Positions 37,073-44,238 of a stretch of 64,000 nucleotides of DNA are shown piece after piece (position 1 is the stretch's first letter; the number at the start of each line of letters is the position of its first letter). The notes below the pieces were generated by a model. The model saw nothing but the letters and a program-made list of their open reading frames with translations, ran no database searches and was not told the DNA's origin. A program made the translations under genes and the position numbers. This stretch comes from an uncultured Nitrospirota bacterium (lineage in GTDB: Bacteria > Nitrospirota > Nitrospiria > 2-01-FULL-66-17): the NCBI GenBank assembly GCA_964570625.1, contig CAZMYW010000008.1, positions 43,166 through 107,165 of the forward strand, written 5' to 3'.

Positions 37073-38100
37073 GGCGCCGAGGCTCCTGCGCCCGACCCCG
37101 ACGGTCTCGGTTCACGCGTGAGCGGGAGGTAGGGCAGCGTGCGCTCGCTGATTTTCCCGTCGATGATAATCTTATTCATTCCGGGCAACACGGTCTCCAT
37201 CGTTTCCAGATAAATGCGCTTCCGGATGATGGGTTTGGCCTGCTGGTACTCCTTGAGCGTTTTGGTGAACCGGTCTGCTTCGCCTTCGGCGCGCCGGGCC
37301 CGCGCTTGCGCATACCCCTGCGCCTGGTTGATCACCTGCGCGGCTTCGCCCTTGGCTTTGGGAATGATGTCGTTTCGGTACCCCTGGGCTTCGTTGATCA
37401 GTTTCTCCTTGTCTTCCTTGGCGCTGGCCACGTCTTTAAAGGCGCCGGCGACTTGCTCGGGCGGGTCCACGTCCTGGAGTTGGATCGCCGCCACTTGAAC
37501 TCCGGCGCCGTAGTCGTCCAGGACTTGCTGCAACAGGTGCTGCGTACTATCTTGGATTTCGGCCTTCCCCGTGGTGAGCGCTTCGTCAATGTGGCTTTGC
37601 CCGATGACTTGACGGACGGCGGCCTCAGTGGCTTTCATGATGGTCTCGCCCATATCCGCCACGTTGAAGAGAAAGTCCTCCGCGTCTTTGATGCGAAACT
37701 GCACGATCAATTCTACGCTCAGGATGTTCTCGTCCCCGGTGACCATGAGGGCTTCGCGGGGCACGGTGGTGGTCCCGCCTTGCGCGTTGGAGCGGAATCC
37801 GACTTCAATGCGGTGGAGCTTGGTGACTTTCGGGATGAGTGCGGTTTCGATGAGCGGAATTTTGAAATGTGGGCCGGGAGGCGTGATCCGTACTACGCGG
37901 CCGAAGCGTTTGACCACGCCCTGCTCGTCGGGCGCGACGATGTAAAATCCTTGCCAGGCCACAAAGACGGCGATGAGTAGGCCGATGATCGGAGTCCAAC
38001 CGCGAAACCCGAAGACACGCCGCAGGCGCTGCTGGACCTCCGCCCACTGCCGCTCAAAGTCCGCTTTGCCGCCGCCCAAGTCCCTGGGCTCCCAGGCCAT
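37069..38100 (-). CDS. hflK: Protease modulator HflK
   Basis: MAWEP, TGDENI, AFKDV..A..D and RIYLETME.VL. Confidence 0.93.
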   Translation of the reverse strand: MAWEPRDLGGGKADFERQWAEVQQRLRRVFGFRGWTPIIGLLIAVFVAWQGFYIVAPDEQGVVKRFGRVVRITPPGPHFKIPLIETALIPKVTKLHRIEVGFRSNAQGGTTTVPREALMVTGDENILSVELIVQFRIKDAEDFLFNVADMGETIMKATEAAVRQVIGQSHIDEALTTGKAEIQDSTQHLLQQVLDDYGAGVQVAAIQLQDVDPPEQVAGAFKDVASAKEDKEKLINEAQGYRNDIIPKAKGEAAQVINQAQGYAQARARRAEGEADRFTKTLKEYQQAKPIIRKRIYLETMETVLPGMNKIIIDGKISERTLPYLPLTREPRPSGSGAGASAP

Positions 38101-38310
38101 CGTCCGTCGTCCCCCTCAGTGGTTTCGGCACGCGGGTGCGAACCTATCACTGATGGGTTGTGCGGCGCAAGGGAAATCGAATGACATGCGGAAACGCCTT
38201 CCGCGCGCGTGTTGATTTTCGGCGGTCCCGGTCCTATCATGTGGCTTCCCACAACGGGTGGCGCATCGCGCTGATTGGGGCGTCGAGCGGGTCTGAGCAA
38301 GGAGAATCTC

Positions 38311-39105
38311 ATGGCACAGATGCACGAGATTGACTACGAGATTTTCGGCGACGACATGCAGTACGTCGAGATCGAGCTGGATCCTGAAGAAGCGGCCGTG
38401 GCCGAAGCTGGCGGCATGATGTACATGAACGACGGTATCGAGATGGAGACTGTGTTTGGCGACGGGTCGGGCGGCAAGCCCGGCGTGTTCGGCGCGTTGG
38501 TGGGCGCGGGCAAGCGGTTGCTCACCGGGGAGTCGTTGTTCATGACCGTGTTCGTGAACAAGGCACCAGACAAGCGCCGCGTGGCGTTTGCGGCCCCGTA
38601 TCCCGGCAAGATCGTGCCCATGAAGCTGGCCCAATTGGGTGGGACGATCATCTGCCAGAAGGACTCGTTTCTTTGCGCGGCCAAGGGGGTGTCGGTGGGC
38701 ATCGCGTTTCAGAAGCGATTGGGCGCGGGCCTGTTCGGGGGCGAAGGCTTCATCATGCAGAAGCTGGAGGGCGACGGCATGGCATTCGTCAACGCGGGCG
38801 GCACTATTGCCGAGCGGACCCTCAAACCCGGCGAGATGTTGCGTGTGGACACCGGGTGCATCGTCGCCTTGCAGAGCTCGGTGGACTTTGACATCGAGTA
38901 CGTGGGGAAAATCAAGTCTGCGCTATTCGGAGGAGAAGGGCTGTTTTTTGCCACGCTCCGCGGTCCCGGCCGGGCGTGGCTCCAGTCGCTCCCGCTCTCG
39001 CGCCTCGCGAATCGGATCTACGCGGCCGCGCCCCAGCGAGGCGGCCGCCGCGAGGAAGGCTCCCTGCTTGGAGGGTTGGGCGGGTTGCTTGACGGCGACA
39101 ACTAG
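38311..39105 (+). CDS. TIGR00266/AIM24-family protein
   Basis: [28 protein letters not shown] and [14 protein letters not shown]; AAGGAG RBS. Confidence 0.92.
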   Translation: MAQMHEIDYEIFGDDMQYVEIELDPEEAAVAEAGGMMYMNDGIEMETVFGDGSGGKPGVFGALVGAGKRLLTGESLFMTVFVNKAPDKRRVAFAAPYPGKIVPMKLAQLGGTIICQKDSFLCAAKGVSVGIAFQKRLGAGLFGGEGFIMQKLEGDGMAFVNAGGTIAERTLKPGEMLRVDTGCIVALQSSVDFDIEYVGKIKSALFGGEGLFFATLRGPGRAWLQSLPLSRLANRIYAAAPQRGGRREEGSLLGGLGGLLDGDN

Positions 39106-39147
39106 GAGCCCCTCCATGAGTCTGAACGGCCTCGATCGGATCAACGG

Positions 39148-40293
39148 GTGGACACACTGCTAGCGCCCGCGGGCCACGTGGACCTCACCGGTGACGGGTT
39201 GTGCTTCGGGCCGGGGCTGGCCCCCCAGGGCGAACGCGTCGAGTTCGAGTTGGGGGACGACCGATTGCGGCTCTGGCCCCACATGCCGCGTGAGCGGTCA
39301 GTGCCGTACGACGCGATCCGGCTCGAGCCCGGGGGGTTCGAGCGCACGCAATTCCAATTGACCTGGTCCGACAACGGACCGTGGGCGTTGGTTCTGGATG
39401 ACGACGCGCTGGCGCGACGGATCCGCGGAAATCCTCCTTCCGGATTGGCGGCAGAGGTGGGCCGACTCGATGCGCACCTTCGACGCGGGCGGGTCGCGAC
39501 CGGAGTCGGCTGGACGCTCATTGGCGCGATAGTCCTGGCTCCGATGCTGGTGCTGGCCCTGCTGTGGTGGCAGGCCGACCGGATCGTCGGCGCGGCCGTC
39601 GGCCGCATTCCGGTGTCGTGGGAGGAACAGCTCGGGCAGTCGGCGTTCGAACAGCTGACGCGGGGCGCTGCCGTGCTCACCGAAGGGGCTGCGGTAGACG
39701 CGGTGAACGAAATCGGCGACCGCCTGGCCGCCCAGATCCACTCACCGTATACGTTCCGCTGGCACGTGGTTGACGATCAGCAAATCAACGCGTTTGCGGT
39801 TCCCGGTGGCCATGTGGTGGTGTTCACTGGCCTGCTCCGGGCCGCGAATACGCCCGAAGAAGCGGCTGGCGTCCTGGCGCATGAAATCCAACACGTCGTG
39901 CTCCGTCACAGCCTCAACGGATTGGTCCGCTCGCTCGGCTGGAGCGCGACGATCAAGATTCTCTTCGGGAGTTCTGGACCCTTGTCCGGCGTGGGTGAAC
40001 TGGCTTCGCAGCTGGGCAGTTTGAGGTTCGGCCGCGAGCAGGAGACCGCGGCGGACGTGGAAGGCCTCAAGGCGCTGCAGCGAGCCAAGATCGACCCGCA
40101 AGGAATGGTGGTATTTTTCGAGAAACTCGCGCGCAAGGAGTCGGGGATCGCACTGCTCTCCACGCACCCGATGAGCGTCGACCGCGCGGAGCGTCTGCGC
40201 GCCGAGATCGCGCAGGCAGGTCCGTGGCCGATCGAGCCGCTGCCCATTGTCTGGACGGACGTCAACACCGACGGGAATACGGGGAGACCGTGA
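39148..40293 (+). CDS. M48-family membrane metallopeptidase with N-terminal cytoplasmic domain
   Basis: INAFAVPGG, LAHEIQHV (HExxH), E..AD and STHP; one central TM. Confidence 0.88.
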   Translation: MDTLLAPAGHVDLTGDGLCFGPGLAPQGERVEFELGDDRLRLWPHMPRERSVPYDAIRLEPGGFERTQFQLTWSDNGPWALVLDDDALARRIRGNPPSGLAAEVGRLDAHLRRGRVATGVGWTLIGAIVLAPMLVLALLWWQADRIVGAAVGRIPVSWEEQLGQSAFEQLTRGAAVLTEGAAVDAVNEIGDRLAAQIHSPYTFRWHVVDDQQINAFAVPGGHVVVFTGLLRAANTPEEAAGVLAHEIQHVVLRHSLNGLVRSLGWSATIKILFGSSGPLSGVGELASQLGSLRFGREQETAADVEGLKALQRAKIDPQGMVVFFEKLARKESGIALLSTHPMSVDRAERLRAEIAQAGPWPIEPLPIVWTDVNTDGNTGRP

Positions 40294-40481
40294 TGTCAAA
40301 TTGTCGCGCGTGTGCTGGGCCGCTGGCCGGATCGACGGGGGAATTGTGCGCGGCGTGCGGCGCCAAGGGATTGGCGTGCCGGGTGTGTGGTCACGAATTT
40401 CGGTACGCGGATATTCTGGCGGCGTTGCCCATTGTGCAGTGTCCGACCTGCGAAGGCCGGGCGATCGAGGTGAGCGACTGA
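40293..40481 (+). CDS. 62-aa double zinc-ribbon protein
   Basis: Four CxxC motifs (CRAC, CAAC, CRVC, CPTC). Start and stop both overlap the neighbours (TGATG). Confidence 0.7.
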   Translation: MSNCRACAGPLAGSTGELCAACGAKGLACRVCGHEFRYADILAALPIVQCPTCEGRAIEVSD

Positions 40482-41017
40482 TGACGGACTGCCACGACGT
40501 GCGCGAGCCGGCGGCGCTGTTGGCGGAAGTTCGCGACCGATTGCCCAAAGGAAACGCTCTTGATCTCGCGATGGGATACGGGCGCCACGCGCTCTACCTC
40601 GCGGAAGCGGGATGGAACGTGCACGGCATCGAGCGAGATCCCGAGGCCGTCGTCTCCTGCCGCCGTGAGGCTGAACAACGTCAACTTTCGTTGCGCGTTG
40701 AACAGGCCGATCTGGACGCCTATCAGATCCCTGCCGCCGCGTACGACCTCGTGGTGGTCTTCTATTTTTTGGACCGCGCGCTGATTCCTCAGATCCGTGA
40801 GGCGATAAGACCCGGCGGCGCGATCGTGTACGAGACCTTCACCATCGAAAATCAGCAGCGCTTCGGCCGGCCGAAACGGAGCGGATTCTGTTTGCAGCCC
40901 GGCGAACTCCCCGCGCTCTTCGCGGGGTTCACCGCCCTGGTGTCGCGCGAAGGGCTGGTGGGTGGTCAATACGTCGCGCAACTGGTGGCGCTCAAGCCTG
41001 GGGCGACCGGTGGGTAG
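40481..41017 (+). CDS. Small SAM-dependent methyltransferase (TehB-like)
   Basis: ALDLAMGYGRHAL, YDLVVV.YFL.R and PGGAIVYETF. Confidence 0.85.
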   Translation: MTDCHDVREPAALLAEVRDRLPKGNALDLAMGYGRHALYLAEAGWNVHGIERDPEAVVSCRREAEQRQLSLRVEQADLDAYQIPAAAYDLVVVFYFLDRALIPQIREAIRPGGAIVYETFTIENQQRFGRPKRSGFCLQPGELPALFAGFTALVSREGLVGGQYVAQLVALKPGATGG

Positions 41018-42326
41018 CGCTCGGCCGGCTCTGCTGCCGGTGGATGCGGCGCTCAAGTCCGTGCTCGCCGCCACTCGGTTCTTGGGTGCCGAACGCGTGC
41101 CCGTGACGGAAGCGCTGGGACGGGTGCTGGGCCAAGACATGGTCGCCACGCGCGATATCCCCCCTTGGGACAACTCGTCGGTCGACGGCTATGCCGTGCG
41201 CGCCGTGGATGTGGCGTCGGCGGCTCCGGATCGACCGGTCACGCTGACCGTGATCGAAGAAATCCCCGCGGGCCTCATGCCGACCAACACCGTGACGTCG
41301 GGGACGGCCGCGCGCATCATGACGGGTGCACCCATGCCGCTTGGCGCGGATGCGGTCGTGATGGTGGAGGAGACGTCGCTGGACAACGACCGGGCGCTGA
41401 TGCGTGCGGCGGCCGAGCCGGGCGAGTCGGTGCGCCGGCGCGGTCAAGACGTGCGGGAAGGGACCGTGGTGATCCCGGGGGGCCGTCGCTTACGACCGGC
41501 CGAGGTCGGCATGGTGGCCTCGTTGGGACACGCCGCCGTCACGGTCGGCCGGAGGCCGCGCGTGGGCATTCTCGCCACCGGGGACGAACTGATCGATCTC
41601 GGGGAACCGGAACGACCGGATCGCATCTATAACGTGAACAGCTATGCGGTGGCGGCACAGGTGTGCGAAGCCGGGGGAGTGCCCGTGGTCATGGGCATCG
41701 CGCGGGATACGCCGTCTTCGCTGCGTGCTGCGCTGGATGGCCTCGACGGCCTCGACGCGTTGATCGTGTGCGGCGGGGTATCGGTGGGGAAATTCGATTT
41801 TGTGAAGGACGTGTTGACCGAGCTGGGGATGGTCATGCAGTTCTGGCGCGTGGCCATGAAACCGGGGAGCCCGATGGCCTTCGGTTCGGTCGACGGGAGG
41901 CCGGTGTTCGGCTTGCCGGGTAATCCCGTGTCGTCGATGGTGACGTTCGAGGTGTTTGTGCGGCCGGCGCTCCTTCAGATGGCCGGAGCGACCGCCGTGG
42001 ATCGGCCCAGCCTCGTGGCGGAGTTGGTCGAACCGATCGACAAGGCGCCCGGTAAGACCCATTTCATTCGGGCGCGGGTCTGGCGAAACGGCCCGCGCGT
42101 GTGTGCGGCGTCGACGGGTTCGCAAGACTCCGGCGTCCTCACATCGATGGTCAAAGCCGAGGGATTGATTGTGCTCTCGCAAGACGCGGGTCGCGTCGAG
42201 GCGGGAGCGCTGGTTGATGTGCGCCTCCTCCAGGGAGAGAGGCAGCCCACTGAAGGAGGGGACGATGGCATTCGAGGCGTTTATTCTGGTCAACGTGACG
42301 GGCGATCACACCAAGAGCGCGTATAA
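41010..42326 (+). CDS. moeA: Molybdopterin molybdotransferase MoeA
   Basis: PPWDNSSVDGYA, RIMTGAPMP, TGDEL, GGVSVG.FD and KPG..FGLPGNPVS. Start uncertain. Confidence 0.93.
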   Translation: MGSARPALLPVDAALKSVLAATRFLGAERVPVTEALGRVLGQDMVATRDIPPWDNSSVDGYAVRAVDVASAAPDRPVTLTVIEEIPAGLMPTNTVTSGTAARIMTGAPMPLGADAVVMVEETSLDNDRALMRAAAEPGESVRRRGQDVREGTVVIPGGRRLRPAEVGMVASLGHAAVTVGRRPRVGILATGDELIDLGEPERPDRIYNVNSYAVAAQVCEAGGVPVVMGIARDTPSSLRAALDGLDGLDALIVCGGVSVGKFDFVKDVLTELGMVMQFWRVAMKPGSPMAFGSVDGRPVFGLPGNPVSSMVTFEVFVRPALLQMAGATAVDRPSLVAELVEPIDKAPGKTHFIRARVWRNGPRVCAASTGSQDSGVLTSMVKAEGLIVLSQDAGRVEAGALVDVRLLQGERQPTEGGDDGIRGVYSGQRDGRSHQERV

Positions 42327-42516
42327 GACGCTGACTCGCCTGGAAGGTATCAAAGGGGTCCACATGGTCACCGGGGTGTACGACTTGGTCGTCCAGGTGG
42401 CGGCGCAAGACCTCACCCACCTCGGAGACGTCATCCTCCCCAACATCCGTGCGGTCGACGGGGTCACGCAGACCATGACGTGTCTCGTGTTATCGCCGCC
42501 CGCTCCCCACCACTAA
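42265..42516 (+). CDS. Lrp/AsnC ligand-binding-domain-only protein
   Basis: AFILVNV, VTGVYDLVV and IRAVDGV..T.T; 83 aa with no HTH; GGAGG RBS. Confidence 0.8.
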   Translation: MAFEAFILVNVTGDHTKSAYKTLTRLEGIKGVHMVTGVYDLVVQVAAQDLTHLGDVILPNIRAVDGVTQTMTCLVLSPPAPHH

Positions 42517-42518
42517 CC

Positions 42519-44168
42519 GTGTTCGTCGGTCCGGTCGCTCGGTCTGTATTGGCCGCCGTCGGCGGCCTGCTTGCGGCTGCCGCATGTTCTCGGATGCCTC
42601 CGGCGGCCGAGTCGGTCGGGTTCGTGGATGTCACAGCGCGCGCGGGCGTGCGGGCGGTACACTCGAGCGGCGCCGACGGGCGGGCGTGGTACCCAGAGAC
42701 CTTCGGCGCGGGGGTGTGCGTGACCGACTTCGACGCGGACGACCGGCCCGACCTTCTGTTCATCAGCGGTCGGCGATGGGAAGATCCGGAACCGGGGCCC
42801 GGCGTGGCTGCATATCGCAACCGGGGAGATGGAACGTTCGAGGATGTGACTAAGGTATCTCGACTCAGCAAGTCCCACTACGGGATGGGCTGCGCGGCGG
42901 CCGACTATGACAACGACGGGCGCGAAGACGTGCTGCTCACCGGCCACGGCGGTCTGTCGCTGTTCCACAACGAGGGGGGCGGTCGATTCGCGGATGTGAC
43001 GGACGCCGCGGGAGTGGGCGACGCGGGCTGGAGCACGTGCGCCGTCTGGTTCGACGCGGACGCGGACGGACAGCTGGACCTGTTCGTGTGCCGCTACGTG
43101 GTCTGGTCGCCGGAGACCGACCGCGTCTGTCGTCTGGAGGGCCGCGTGAAAGTGTTCTGCGGTCCCGATCCGTATCCTCCTGATTCGCCCAGGTTCTTCC
43201 GCAACCTGGGCTCCGGCCGATTTGAAGACGTGACGGTTCGCGCCGGACTCGCCAAGCCGGGCAAGGCGCTCGGCGTCGCGATGCTGGACGCGGACGGAGA
43301 TGGTCGAGTCGATCTCTTCGTGGCGAACGATCAGATGCCGAACTATCTGTATCGCAACGCGAGCGACGGAACCTTCGAGGACTGGACCTCGAAACTCGCC
43401 CCCTGGCCCGGCCGGTTCGGCATGGCGCGCGCCGGAATGGGGATCGACGTGGATGATGCGCTCGGGCGCACCGTCATCGGTAACTTCATCGGCGAAGGGT
43501 TTGCGCTGTATCAGCGCGGGGACGACGGTCGCTTTCACGATCGCGTGCGAGACACCGGACTGTTCGGGCCGAGCCTTCCGTTCCTCACGTTCGGGCTCGT
43601 GTTCGTTGATGGGGATCTAGACGGGTGGCTGGACGTGGTGGCCGCCAACGGGCACGTGGACGCCAACCTGGCCCGCGCGCTCGATGGCGGGGCCCCGCAA
43701 GCCGAACGGCCGCTGGTGTTTCGCGGCAACGATGACGCCACATACGCAGAGGTCGGCGCAACGGTCGGGCTCAGCACCCCGTTTGTGGGTCGCGGCTTGG
43801 CGACCGCCGATCTCGATCTCGACGGCGATTCGGATCTGGTGTTTACCGAGAACAACGGACCGGCTCGTCTCTATCGCAATGGACTCGCAAAAGGACATTG
43901 GCTCAGGATCAAACCGGTCGGGGTATCGAGTAATCGCGACGGCGTGGGCGCGTTGGTTAACGTGACGGCGGGTGGGCGGACCCAGACGCGGATGGTCAGG
44001 ACCGGGTCGAGTTACCTTTCTCAGAGCGAACGTGCGGTGCTGTTCGGGTTGGGCAACGCCGCGTCGGTCGATGAGATCACGGTTCGCTGGCCCAGCGGGA
44101 CCATCGATCGATGGATGTCCGTACCAGCGGGGCAGCGGGTGACGCTGGTTGAAGGTTCAGGTCGGTGA
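42519..44168 (+). CDS. CRTAC1-family (FG-GAP/VCBS repeats + ASPIC/UnbV) lipoprotein
   Basis: Possible lipobox AAAC; repeated DFDADD, DYDNDG, DADADG, DADGDG, DGDLDG and DLDLDG loops; C-terminal GSSYLSQS..FGLG..VRWPSG. Confidence 0.88.
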   Translation: MFVGPVARSVLAAVGGLLAAAACSRMPPAAESVGFVDVTARAGVRAVHSSGADGRAWYPETFGAGVCVTDFDADDRPDLLFISGRRWEDPEPGPGVAAYRNRGDGTFEDVTKVSRLSKSHYGMGCAAADYDNDGREDVLLTGHGGLSLFHNEGGGRFADVTDAAGVGDAGWSTCAVWFDADADGQLDLFVCRYVVWSPETDRVCRLEGRVKVFCGPDPYPPDSPRFFRNLGSGRFEDVTVRAGLAKPGKALGVAMLDADGDGRVDLFVANDQMPNYLYRNASDGTFEDWTSKLAPWPGRFGMARAGMGIDVDDALGRTVIGNFIGEGFALYQRGDDGRFHDRVRDTGLFGPSLPFLTFGLVFVDGDLDGWLDVVAANGHVDANLARALDGGAPQAERPLVFRGNDDATYAEVGATVGLSTPFVGRGLATADLDLDGDSDLVFTENNGPARLYRNGLAKGHWLRIKPVGVSSNRDGVGALVNVTAGGRTQTRMVRTGSSYLSQSERAVLFGLGNAASVDEITVRWPSGTIDRWMSVPAGQRVTLVEGSGR

Positions 44169-44238
44169 GCGCCGAAAAAGACTGGTGAAGTCGCTTACCA
44201 GGGGTCTCGCAGAGTAAGATGTCGAGCGGGAGCATCCC

